The notes under the pieces were generated by a model. It was not told the origin of the DNA and ran no database searches. It saw only the letters and a program-made list of their open reading frames with translations. Made by a program: the position numbers and the translations under genes. DNA of 63,744 nt, the filler included, from Reclinomonas americana ATCC 50394 (lineage: Eukaryota): the NCBI GenBank assembly GCA_048213135.1. It is 20 parts of 20 records of this genome, joined end to end, with 100 filler letters (N's around TTAATTAATTAA, not from the genome) between each part and the next. Parts side by side here need not be neighbours in the genome. Positions count along the whole stretch, not along the records: positions 36,777 to 39,328 come from AFZH01024437.1; positions 39,429 to 42,298 come from AFZH01024438.1; positions 42,399 to 45,481 come from AFZH01024439.1; positions 45,582 to 49,564 come from AFZH01024441.1; 16 more parts are not named here. The stretch is one strand, 5' to 3'. This document shows positions 36,777-47,248 of this stretch, one piece after another. How positions within the stretch are numbered: position 1 is the first letter of the stretch; each line of letters opens with the position of its first letter.

Positions 36777-39328
36777 ATGCATCGGGCGGTGAAGGAATTA
36801 CTCTGCAAACTGGTGGGTCGGCGACACTCCCGTGGCCAGCTGGTGCTGCCAAGGCGCAGGTGGTGTGCTGGTTTGGGCGTTCCGTCGTGAACCGCGGATG
36901 GGTTGTTGACAGCGGTGGAGTGGTGTGTGACTCTGGAGTCGGTGGCCTTGGTGCTGGATACACGGCGGTTGAGGTGCAGTGGACGAATGATGCATGGGGT
37001 ATGGAGTCATTGTTGACTGGGAGTGCAAGCGTTCATGTTGTTGAGGCGCTCGTGGTCAGAGATTCTCCGTTTGTTGGTGGCGTTCTGTGCCGTGAATGTC
37101 GTGTTTCTGAGGCAAGTGGACAGTATAGGCGGCGTCGGCAGGTTGTGCTCGTCGGCGGGCAGTCGCTGCGCAGTGAGTCAGGAGGGTTTGGCCAGCCGGT
37201 TTTGTGTGTCTATGGCGGACGGGTGGCAACCGCGAGTGCAGAGGTGTCGTCGGTGATGCGGGCTTGCCTGCTTCCTGGCATAGACGATGAGACAAGCCGT
37301 GCTACAGACAGTAATGTCGGCGGCAGCGTTGCACTTGGACTGGCTGAGGGGACTGGCGATCGGGACGGTGGGTGGCAAGCAGAAGCGCGGTGGACAAGCG
37401 TGTGGTTGACTGTGTCTGAGCGTGTGAGGCTCTCTGACTGGAAGCTGGTAAATTTCGGGAGCGGCCATATTCGTTTGGAGCTGCAGAGCGTGAATGATGA
37501 TGTCATGTACGGGCGTGTTCGTTGCGTGTTCGGTGGACAGACGGAGGTTGACGCGGCAGTTGTTGAGCGACGACTGGGGACTGTGGTGCTGCAGTGTGAG
37601 GCACCACTGATTAAGGAGAATCGGGCGTTGACGTTTAGCACCGTAGGCGGTGATGTTGATGAGTTTATCGGCGACGGTGTGTACATGGCCAACTGGCAAG
37701 TGAATGTGACTGGAATTGTTGGGGGCAGCGGCGAAGCTGGCGGTCAAGTTGTGAGCGGCGACGGTGTTGTGTGCGCTGTCGGATCGCAGATTGTGCCTCT
37801 GTGGCAGAGTGCTCTGCTATCTCAGGATTACAGTGTTTTGGTGGACGGTGTGGCCGATGCTGTTTCGCGACTGGGTGTGGGTGCAGGTTTCCGTGTTGTC
37901 GAAGTTGACGTCTGGGGAACTGGGGTATCGTTGCTTGCGTTGGAATGTCACGAAGAGGCGCTTGTGTTCCAGGTGCATCCAGATCGGCTGACGTCGAGCT
38001 CCGGAGTCCGTACGCCGGTGACTGTAGTGGGTGTGAACTTTGCGAGGATTGAGAGCGAGGCTGCGGCACAGCAAGCCAGTTTCATGTGTCGGTACGGTGG
38101 AACCGGATCGGGCGGCGAGTCGCGAGGTCGATGGGTATCGAGCACCACGGCGGTGTGTAACGAGGGACCCGCTGTGCGTGAGTGCGACGAAACGGCCGAG
38201 GGGAAGTCGTCTATTGTTGGTGTGGAGGTCAGTAGCGACGGGTGGATGTGGAGCACCAGTAGGATAGGTACACGGTTGCAGCGTGCGTGCGGCATGGCAG
38301 AGGGACTGACCATCGGCTCTGGAAGCGCGTTGACTGGTAGTCGTGGAGAGCGCATTCGTCTGGATTTCCGACGACAGTTGCAGTCGTGGGAAGCGTGGTG
38401 GTGTGTTGCTGGTGGCAAGACACTGATTTCCAGTGAGGTGGTTGACGGATCGGTCGAGTGCGTGCTCCCAGAGCTTGCGGCAGGAGTGTATCACGTGGGC
38501 CTGTCGGCGTACAGTCGTAGTGTTCTGAATGGTGACGACGCAGGCTATGTCGCTGTTGTTGTGAGCGCGAGCACGAACGTCACAAGTGTGTTGCCGAGTG
38601 TTGTGACGCAGTCGTCGGGTGCGTTGCTGTATGCGACTGTGGACGGAATTACGGCGCTTGACGTTGAGTCGAGTCGGCGACATGTGTTTGTGGGTGCGAG
38701 TGCTGTTGTCGTCGGTGACGTCGTGTTGGGCAGTGGTTTCTTCGGCGGCAACGGAGTGAGTGGTGGCGGCTTGTTGCGTGCTGGTGCATCGGTGCTTCAA
38801 GTACACTTGCCGGCGGCTGTGAGCGACGGGTTTGCGACTGTGGAGGTCGGTATGGTGGAAAGCAGTAGCGGACGTGTGACGAGCAACGGTGTGCAAGTGG
38901 AAGTTCGAGAAGCGGCTGCAGTCAGCGGGTTGCTGCCAGAGCGAGGTAGTAGCACTGGTGGGACGCTTGTGAGCATTATGGGACGAGGACATCACGGTAG
39001 TGACGATGGGCGAGCTTCATGTGTGTTTGGCGGACGCCGTGGAAGCAACGACTACGGTGCAGTGTTGTCGTCGAGATTTAGTGTGTGTGTGAGTCCTGCG
39101 CGTGTGACTGGCGGCAAGGGTGAAGTTGGCCTGCATGACGGATCTCGTGGTGAGGGTGGTTGGGGGACGGCGCCTGGCGCGGTGTTTGTTTGGGAGGATG
39201 TTGCTGCAGGCGCATATCCGCCTGCGCAGTATCTGAGTGCTGTTGGCGGTCAGGACTTGCGGATTGCAGTGACTGTGGGGGGTGAACAAGTCGTCGGCTC
39301 GGTCGTAGGCAAGTGTCGTTTTGGTGGC
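36777..39328 (+). CDS. IPT/TIG-repeat cell-surface protein, internal fragment (open through the whole contig; probably the same gene as the previous fragment)
   Basis: About 850 codons without a stop. Repeats include QVHPDR..VTVVGVNF..CRYG..VSSTTAVC..VEVSSDG and LLPERGSSTGGTLVSIMG..CVFG..CVSP. Confidence 0.8.
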
Positions 39329-39428
39329 NNNNNNNNNNNNNNNNNNNNNNNNNNNNNNNNNNNNNNNNNNNNTTAATTAATTAANNNNNNNNNNNNNNNN
39401 NNNNNNNNNNNNNNNNNNNNNNNNNNNN

Positions 39429-39488
39429 GCGAAGGGGGTGGAGTTGCGCCAGTCCTATACCCGGGTCGGCAAGCTCGCGCTGACCTGA
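39429..39488 (+). pseudogene. IS5-family transposase remnant
   Basis: AKGVELRQSYTRVGKLAL followed by a premature TGA. LRQSY.RVGK is an internal IS5 transposase motif. Confidence 0.55.
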
Positions 39489-39541
39489 ACCGATATGCCT
39501 GCTCCGAACCGACACCGTTTCACGAAGCTCGAAAGGACGAA

Positions 39542-39778
39542 ATGGCGGCCGAGATTCGTCTGCAGATTGAGCAGTCGAAGGCGACACTAGAAGAACATGT
39601 CGGCCGCCTTTACGAGCGTACCCGGCCGGCGGACGGCCCCGGGGCGCTCGCCCCTTCAAGGCGAAATCGAATACTTGCTCGCTCGAAGGATCGGACGCAC
39701 GGCATGGCCGCGATCATCGGGCTGGAAGCCTGGTCACAGGGCGCGCAGTTGTTGTTCGTTACGGAAACGCCGGGCTGA
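39542..39778 (+). CDS. Hypothetical protein (78 aa)
   Basis: ATG preceded by AAGGA; fills the intergenic gap. Confidence 0.4.
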   Translation: MAAEIRLQIEQSKATLEEHVGRLYERTRPADGPGALAPSRRNRILARSKDRTHGMAAIIGLEAWSQGAQLLFVTETPG

Positions 39779-39843
39779 CCCATTCACGAAGGATCCTTGG
39801 AGGTCACAGACAGTGACCTCGCGCCGGGCTCCGATTTCACTTC

Positions 39844-40962
39844 TTACAAGATGCCCCAGGCGCGATAGCTCCGCCTCCCCGTCATCTCGCGAACACCAAG
39901 CTCCGTGATCAGATTGAGCGCACCTCGCGGCGTCACACCCGCCACTTTCGCGACCATGGCGGCCGAAACGATCGGCCGTGACAGAATCAACTCGATTGCG
40001 GCCGGAAGGCTGCTGGTCGAGCGGCGGCCGCGGAGCTTGCGCTCCATAAGCTGGCGAGCCTGATCGAGCCGGGCGATCTCCTTCATGCCCGCCTCCGCCG
40101 CGAGGCACATCGCATCGAGGAAGGCGAGCAATCGCTTAGTCCGATCGCGAGAACGCCGCCTCTCGCGAGATACGGCTTTCAGCCCGACGTTGAGCGCAGG
40201 CAAATGCGAAACGACCTTGCCCCGGGCCCGTAGAACGCCAGCGGTGAGTTGTCCCCCGAGCCAGTGCAGCCGCTGCAGCGGCTGCATGATCTCCCAAGCG
40301 TCAAACAGAACCGCAGCCGACAGCACCGGTGACAGAGCAGCTGCATCCCTTCGCACATCGTGCCATCGGGACAGCCGGTCCTGTTCGTCCCACTCTGCAT
40401 CGCGAATGACGAGCTCGCCCACGACGAGCGATGACTTCTCGGGAACGGTAGCCGGCGCCGGCGTGTTGATCCCGTCCAGAACGCGCCGCGAGCGTTCGAG
40501 CATCGCATCAATGTGTGCGAGCTCGCGAGAAAGCGGATCATCGTCTTCATCAGGAGGTGCCTCGCCCTCCCCTCCCCTCTCATCAGCAACACCTGGTGCT
40601 TTCGGCGAGGTGATGCGCTCGGCACCCGTCAGAGCCGACATGCCGGCTTCGGAAACCGCCCACCCGGGCTCCGCGCCAACGATGCGACGTCGCGCGCGAA
40701 GGATGCCATGGCCGATGACCAGTTCATGGGTTGGCGATCGGATATCCATATGGGCGTCATGAAAGACCAGGTCCTCGATGTGGAGGAGCTCGCCCGATAT
40801 CCACATGCTGGCGGCCGCATCGAGGAAATGCCCGCGCTCCGCGAACCCCTCCCCGACCGGGCTTCGACGCACGATTTCATCGAGCCGGGCTAGTTGGTCC
40901 TCAGCCCGCGCCACGGCAGGAAGCAGAGCCTGAAGCGGCAGTTCGCCGATTTCATAAATCAT
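39844..40962 (-). CDS. RHE_PE00001-family protein (Fic-like N-terminus, DUF1612, C-terminal HTH) of rhizobial plasmids
   Basis: AEDQLARLDE, EDLVFHDAHMDIRSPTHEL, LGVREMTGRRSYRAWGIL. Confidence 0.85.
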   Translation of the reverse strand: MIYEIGELPLQALLPAVARAEDQLARLDEIVRRSPVGEGFAERGHFLDAAASMWISGELLHIEDLVFHDAHMDIRSPTHELVIGHGILRARRRIVGAEPGWAVSEAGMSALTGAERITSPKAPGVADERGGEGEAPPDEDDDPLSRELAHIDAMLERSRRVLDGINTPAPATVPEKSSLVVGELVIRDAEWDEQDRLSRWHDVRRDAAALSPVLSAAVLFDAWEIMQPLQRLHWLGGQLTAGVLRARGKVVSHLPALNVGLKAVSRERRRSRDRTKRLLAFLDAMCLAAEAGMKEIARLDQARQLMERKLRGRRSTSSLPAAIELILSRPIVSAAMVAKVAGVTPRGALNLITELGVREMTGRRSYRAWGIL

Positions 40963-41245
40963 TGTAAACGCGCCGCTTCGCTATCGATACAGAAGCTAAA
41001 ACAACTTTCATTTCCGTCACATCGATATCTTTCCTTCGTACTCGTGATGGGTAGAGCTCGCTGGCCCTCCGGATTGAACAGAGCTATCTCGGGCGTGCCT
41101 CAGATCGACGAGAAGCCCCGATTTCATTGGGTTTTCGAGTGGCCAACCCGCCGGAAATAACACCTAGAGACGTTTACAAACGATCGGTTATCCGTATCTT
41201 CTGCATTTGGAAAATCGCCGCTCGGCGTTCTCTCAGGCGCTCCAA

Positions 41246-42202
41246 ATGGCTCGCGACACCCAAAATCGAGCTTCCCGTCGACCGCAGGGCCGCCTGATCG
41301 GCTATGCACGGGTGTCGACCGACGAGCAGACGACAGAAGCGCAGGAGATCGAACTGCGCCCGGCCGGCTGCGATCTCATCGTCCAGGAGCACGGTTCTGG
41401 CGCATCGCGTGCTCGGCCAGCCCTGACGAAGCTACTGCGGGAGATCGGCGCCGGCGACACGCTCATTGTCGTTCGGCTCGACCGCCTGGCGCGCTCCGTC
41501 AGCCATCTGCTCGACGTGATCGAGGATCTGACGGAGAAGGGCGCCCATTTTCGTTCGCTGCGCGATCCGATCGATACGACGACGCCGCAGGGCATGTTCT
41601 CGCTGCAGGTCCTCGGCGCCGTGGCGCAGCTCGAGCGCGCGCTGATCTCCGAGCGGACCAAGGCCGGCATCAAGGCCGCGAAGGCCAAGGGCCGGCTTTC
41701 CGGCAATCCTGGCATTCGCGAGCGCCGACCAGAGATGCTGGCGAAGATGACCGCGGCGCAAAAGGCAGCCTATGGCGATCGCGTTCAGGCGACGGCGAGC
41801 CAATGGCTGCCGACGGTCAGGCGCATGCGGCCGGATCATAACTGGGACGACGTCGCCCGCGTGCTGAAGCAACGCGGCTTCGACTGGACTCCCGAGCGCC
41901 TGCGCCGCGCCGTCAAATGGCTGGTCAGCGAGCACACGGCCGACCGGACCCTCCTGCGGAAATCTCCTCCGCGCCTCCCGGAGGATCGCCTGGTCACGCT
42001 GGTGGCCGGCATCCACGTATCGAACCCCACCCTGACGCTCCGCGAGATCGCAACCCAGCTCGAACGGCTGCACGAGCGGACGCCGCGCGGCGGCTCGAAA
42101 TGGTCGCCCTCCTCCGTGAAGAACCTGATCGACCGCGCCCGTCGTTCCGGCTTGATCGCCGGTGACGGCAACGCTCCCACAGCCGGCGTAGCTCAGGGGT
42201 AG
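41246..42202 (+). CDS. Serine recombinase (resolvase/invertase) with extended C-terminus
   Basis: LIGYARVSTDEQ, VVRLDRLARS, AQLERALISERTKAG, C-terminal TPRGGSKWSPSSV. Confidence 0.92.
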   Translation: MARDTQNRASRRPQGRLIGYARVSTDEQTTEAQEIELRPAGCDLIVQEHGSGASRARPALTKLLREIGAGDTLIVVRLDRLARSVSHLLDVIEDLTEKGAHFRSLRDPIDTTTPQGMFSLQVLGAVAQLERALISERTKAGIKAAKAKGRLSGNPGIRERRPEMLAKMTAAQKAAYGDRVQATASQWLPTVRRMRPDHNWDDVARVLKQRGFDWTPERLRRAVKWLVSEHTADRTLLRKSPPRLPEDRLVTLVAGIHVSNPTLTLREIATQLERLHERTPRGGSKWSPSSVKNLIDRARRSGLIAGDGNAPTAGVAQG

Positions 42203-42213
42203 GCTGGTCCTCA

Positions 42214-43452
42214 TCACGACCGCGGCTTCTGCAGGCTCTTCAGCAGCGACGCCGAGGCCTGGATGCGGGGTTTCTCGTCCGAAGAGCCGTCCTCGGCCNN
42301 NNNNNNNNNNNNNNNNNNNNNNNNNNNNNNNNNNNNNNNNNNTTAATTAATTAANNNNNNNNNNNNNNNNNNNNNNNNNNNNNNNNNNNNNNNNNNNNCG
42401 TGCTGCTCACCCATGACCTCGCGCGCTTCACGCCAGGCGCTCGGGCTGATGCCGAGCGACGGCCGGGCCAGCTCCGCTGCCGCCAGGAAATCGCGCCAGT
42501 GTCGGATTTCGCCGCCTTGCGCCAGATCCCGCAAGTTCGGGCAGGCATCGAGGACGATGCCAAGAGGCAGTTCCCGCTTCGGCAGGCTCCGCACGTTGTC
42601 GGTTTCCGCAACGATGGCGGCCGCTTCTTCACTTTCCGAAAAGCCGTGTTCAGATTCAGATAGGGGATCTGGATTTGAATTCTGTATGTGGCGCCCAAAA
42701 TGGGACTCATTGCCATCCGGATTCTGAGCTTTCATAAAGGATTCCAGCACGTCACGGATCTGCGTGCAGAGATCTTGCAGATCGGTGCAGATAGCCTCCA
42801 CGAGCTGCCTGGGAGCCGTGCGGGGCAACCGGCCGATGATCGCCTGGTAGGTCTGCTGGACCCGGCCCCAATTGCCCGGAACACGCTCCTCGATGCCAGC
42901 GTCAATCATCTTGACGATGTCCCGGCGCAGCAGCGTGAGCCGTTCCTTCGCGACACGAAAAGCCTTCTTCTCGGCGTGAACGGCCTCCGCCAGGTCTTTG
43001 ATCTCGTCGGCGCGTGCGACGATCGGCGCGAGGTCGAACCCGTAGGCCTGCTCGATCTCCCCTCCCCTCCCCTTCCTGGCGAAGCGCTTGCCGTTCGGGC
43101 TATCCCGGCGAACGATCAGACCGCAATCGACGAGCACCGCGATGTGCCGCCGCAGCGTCGTCGCCGGCATGCCGTTGGCCCGGGCCATCAATTGCTCGTT
43201 CGACGGCCAAACGACGAGCTCGGCGTCGCCCGTGAGCGCGGTTTCCGGATGGAACGTCAGCAGTGCGTTGAGGATCGCAAGCGAGCGATCCGTCGCGCCG
43301 AGGAGCTCCCTCGCCACACGGATGTCCTGGAAGACCTGCCACTTGTGCACGACGGCATCGGGCTTCGCGGCCTTTGCCGTCATCTGAGTTGAAATCTGGC
43401 CGAGCGTCATCGGCCGCCGCCCAAAGGGCGTCGTTGTGATGTGCGAGAACAC
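42214..43452 (-). CDS. repC: Plasmid replication initiator RepC (interrupted by a gap)
   Basis: GTG at 43452; TTPFGRRPMTL, VWPSNEQL, RRDSPNGKRFARK, AYGFDLAP. Probable C-terminus (ASASLLKSLQKPRS*) at 42214-42298 on the preceding contig. Confidence 0.95.
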
Positions 43453-43519
43453 GTTCCTTTACCTTTTGTTAGGCAAAAGAATCCGGCTCGCCAAAACGGC
43501 ACTGCGTTCGACGTGACTC

Positions 43520-43548
43520 TTGACAGCGATTCGCGGAAGTGTGATTCT
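43520..43548 (+). promoter_or_regulatory. ctRNA promoter
   Basis: TTGACA-17 nt-GATTCT, matching the conserved repABC ctRNA promoter. Confidence 0.85.
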
Positions 43549-43554
43549 CAGGCT

Positions 43555-43606
43555 GCTTACACGAGAGAAGGGCTTCCGGAATTCGTTTCGGGGGCCTTTT
43601 TCTTTT
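43555..43606 (+). ncRNA. repABC counter-transcribed RNA (ctRNA)
   Basis: Antisense in the repB-repC intergenic region, after the promoter; hairpin followed by a T-tract. Confidence 0.85.
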
Positions 43607-43611
43607 GCGGG

Positions 43612-44604
43612 TTACACCTGCGTTTTCTCCTGCTGAAGAAACTCTCCATAGAGGGCGTCGAGACGTTCAGCGAGGAATCGCCCGAAACGGGCGGAATCCT
43701 TCGACTTGAACGCGACGGAAAATGTCTTCCCGGTGTCGACCAATTCGGCCGCTAAGGCTTTGTCAGCCGGCTGCCATTTAGCTTTCGCCGGTTTATCGGG
43801 GCTGGCGCGCCGCGGCTTGTCCGCCTTCTTCAATTCTCCGAAGAGCATCTCAAATCGCACTTCGGAGGTCGCCGCCAAAAAAACCGTAGTTTGGCAGACC
43901 TGCGAGAGCGTCGAACGATTTGAAGGCTTCTCGTAAAGCTGCGCAAACTCCAGCCAGCGGTCACGACCAATCGATTTGGCCGGGCCAATGAGCAGGAGTA
44001 GATCCTCTTCAATGCGCCCCGACACCGAGAGCATTCTCGTCAGCATTGGAGCGTCGACCGACAGGGCAGTTTGGACTGTCCCACGATCATGGCCGCGCCC
44101 GATCAGACGCTGAGCGAAAAGCGCACGCTCAATAAAAGTAAGATTCTCGCGAGCGGAGTTTTCTTGGCCCTGCGCGATAACATGCTCTTCGTCAGAGACA
44201 TTCCGGACAACCGCTTTGACCTTTCGGCCAAGCTGCCGCGCTGCTCGCAGCCGCCGATGTCCAAACACCGTTTGGTAGCGCCCGCTGTCGTTCGGATGCG
44301 GGCGAACGAGAATCGGCGTGTCCTGCCCTCGCTCTCTGATGCCGCTTACGAGCTCTTCGAACGCGACATCGTCTTGCGTCAGGCGATCGGAGACAAAAGA
44401 ATCTTCGATTCGATCCGGATCGATCTCTTGAACGACCTCACCGTCGATCGACGCCTCGGCCTGCGCGGCCTTTGCCGCGAGCTCGTTGATCGAGGCCAAC
44501 ATATTCTTGCTGGCACCGCGGGAGGCGTAGCCAGGTGCGGCCGCCCTATCCGATTGGCTTGTATCGACTTCCTTGATTGCCCGGAAAATATCACGGCGCG
44601 CCAT
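43612..44604 (-). CDS. repB: Plasmid partitioning protein RepB (ParB family)
   Basis: GQDTPILVRPHP, FGHRRLRA, QGQENSARENLTFIERA. Confidence 0.95.
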   Translation of the reverse strand: MARRDIFRAIKEVDTSQSDRAAAPGYASRGASKNMLASINELAAKAAQAEASIDGEVVQEIDPDRIEDSFVSDRLTQDDVAFEELVSGIRERGQDTPILVRPHPNDSGRYQTVFGHRRLRAARQLGRKVKAVVRNVSDEEHVIAQGQENSARENLTFIERALFAQRLIGRGHDRGTVQTALSVDAPMLTRMLSVSGRIEEDLLLLIGPAKSIGRDRWLEFAQLYEKPSNRSTLSQVCQTTVFLAATSEVRFEMLFGELKKADKPRRASPDKPAKAKWQPADKALAAELVDTGKTFSVAFKSKDSARFGRFLAERLDALYGEFLQQEKTQV

Positions 44605-44682
44605 ATTGGCACCTCCGAAATGCATTTAAGGTTCTGAGTTTCAATGAGAAAAGCTCGATCTGTACGGCTGACAATTCCGTCA

Positions 44683-45448
44683 TCAGCGTGCCCGTCCCCA
44701 GCTTGTTTCGATGAGAGAAATCACTTCGGAATTAACAGCGTCGAGAGATTCCCGGGCTCGGTCATAGGTCGCCGGCGTGAACGCCGAGCGTTCGACCTCG
44801 TAGAGGGATTGTTTGGTCAGGCCCGCGTCGGAGATTGCCGTGGATTTGACCATAGGGTTCTTCAGCATCTGTCGGGCAAACATGAGTTGCATGAGCCCCA
44901 CCATCTCCTGCTGGGGTACGTCCCCGGGCTCAAAGCGCGTGACGAGATAACGAAACCAGTCGAGCGAGACTTTCGCACCGGCGTTCTCGATGCTCTTCAG
45001 AATATCGCCGAGCATGAGCAGGAACTGACCCATGGACATGATATCGAGCATTTGCGGGTGCACAGTGATGAGAACCGACGTCGCAGCAGCTAGAGCAGTT
45101 AGGGTGAGGTACCCGAGTTGTGGGGGGCAATCGACCACCACGACGTCGTACTGATCATCGACTTCTTCCAGCGCCGCCCCCACACGCGTAAAGAACGTGC
45201 GGCCAGCAGTCGGATCCTTTGCCCGCATCGCGATCGGCGTTTCGTACTCGTATTCCTGGAGTTCCAAGTTCGCCGGCACAATGTCGAGGGCAGGGAAGTT
45301 CGTTTTCTGAATGACCTCTGTTAGCGGCTTGCGCTCGCTGTCGTAGCGCAAGGATTCATAGAAGGAGAGATTTTGGTCGATCTCCGGCTGAATCCCGAAA
45401 AGGCGTTAGCGAGGCCTGGGGATCGAGATCGACGGCGAGTACCCGATA
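44683..45448 (-). CDS. repA: Plasmid partitioning ATPase RepA (ParA family), 5' truncated
   Basis: VVDCPPQLGYLT, TVHPQMLDIMSM, KSTAISDAGLTKQSLYE; upstream of repB and repC. Confidence 0.95.
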
Positions 45449-45481
45449 CGTATAACGTTCGTATAGCATACATTATACGAA
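45449..45481. other. 454 paired-end (loxP-containing) linker remnant
   Basis: CGTATAACGTTCGTATAGCATACATTATACGAA at a contig end; it cuts repA off mid-gene. Confidence 0.9.
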
Positions 45482-45581
45482 NNNNNNNNNNNNNNNNNNN
45501 NNNNNNNNNNNNNNNNNNNNNNNNNTTAATTAATTAANNNNNNNNNNNNNNNNNNNNNNNNNNNNNNNNNNNNNNNNNNNN

Positions 45582-45624
<43 letters not shown>

Positions 45625-47248
45625 AGAGAAGGAGAGAAGGAGAGGGAAGGGAAAGAGAAGGGAGAGGGACAACTGGAGAATGTAAGGGACAGGAGAATGA
45701 GAATGAAGAGTGGTGTGGGAGAGTGTGAGTGGAAGGAAACAGGAGCAGTGAGACAAAGAGAGAGTGAACAAGAGAGAATGCGAGATAGGGAGAGAGAAGG
45801 AGAGAAAGAAGAGAGAGAGGGAGGGACAAGTAGAGATGTGAGTGAAGATATGGAGGGGAAGGAGGAGAATGAGAATGGAGAGTGGTGTGGGAGAGTGTGA
45901 GAGGAAGAAAACAGGAGAAGTGAGAGACAAAGAGCGAGGGAGAGAGAAGGAGAGAAAGAAGAGAAGTGTGGGAGTGTTTGCGAGGAACGTGCAGGGAGAA
46001 GGAATACGAGGAGTGCTCTGTGTGTGAGAGAGAGAGAGAAAGAGAGTGGGACATGCGAGTGAAGAGAAGAAGGAGGAGAACAGAGAGACCTCTGAAGAGA
46101 AAGAGGAGAAGAACAAGAAGAAGAACCTTTGCATTGTCATCATCACATCATCAATCACACCTTCATCTCATTGTACTTGTGTAGACGATCAATGTGCGCA
46201 TCCACTCGGAGCTTGACATCAGCACTGTGAGGAGAGAGAGAGAGCAGAGAGAAAAGACAACACAAGTCACTTTTGACTTGAGACTTTCTTTTCACGGAAC
46301 AAGAGTCTGTGCGCGCAACAGTTGTGCCTCTGCTTGTCTGCACTCTTGATTAGAGAGACGGATGGCCTCCATCAGTGAGGCGCAGTCGGTCATCGCTCTC
46401 GAGAGTGAAAGCAGGGGTTTGTGAGGACAAACACGAACGTGACGTCATGGATTGAAACTTCAGCGGAATGCAAGCACAGCACCGACAGTGCATGATGGTG
46501 TACGCGGTCTGGAAGCGGGCGAGCAGTGAGACGGGAGCGCAGGGATTTCCGATTGAATTACATAGATCCCGATTTTGAGACTTCGATAGGTGCAGTTGTC
46601 TGTGCGTGCAGCATGTCACAGTACAGCATAGTACCAGCCACATGGCTCACGTGCACGAGAAGAAGCCCGGAGACACGAACCGACCCAGAGAATGCTTTCT
46701 CGCAGACCACGATGCAAAGCTTCTTCACCAATTCCACATCTATGGGACCAAGTCGAGCTCGAGGACAAGATGACTCTTGTGACCTCTCCTTTCGGTTCGC
46801 TTCTGTTGGATTCCTCTCTTCGGAGAGCAAGCTACCTGGTCGGTACTCTATTGTGGTGATCGTGGGGGGGCAGGGGCAGCTTTCTTGCGCTCGAAGCCTC
46901 GAATCCGAACAACTTGCAATTGCGACCGAAAACTGCGATCGATATCTTTCCTGTGCTGTGCATCGTCTCCATTGCCGGCACGAATGCAAAGTGCTCTACT
47001 AATAGAAGCATTGTGCTCCATGGTGCCTGTCGACGTCCACGGCAACTGCGAAGACAAAACCGAACATGACGAAAAAATGACATCTCCAACTCGCTTCCCT
47101 TTGCCACTGCTGCCTTTCTTACGGATCCCTCCACACAATGCACTCACCTTACAACTGCAGATGCCACACCCTTCACCACCGCACACATTGCATTTCGTCC
47201 TCCCACTTACCTCACCTTCCTTTTCGTTGTGTTGACAGAGACAAAGGC

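Noticed and set aside
44660..44676. parS site between repA and repB
   Set aside because: Only the right half (GCTGACAAT) resembles the consensus palindrome.
45449..45481. loxP site in a plasmid repA gene
   Set aside because: It matches the 454 paired-end linker at a contig end; a library artefact.
45526..46184. Low-complexity ORFs (SLSL, ERER, HSLT, CVCV), also at 49271-50042 and 50720-51086
   Set aside because: They are translations of GA, GT and GAGT microsatellites or introns.
46350..47200. Possible gene divergent from NDK
   Set aside because: No recognisable protein motif or consistent exon chain.
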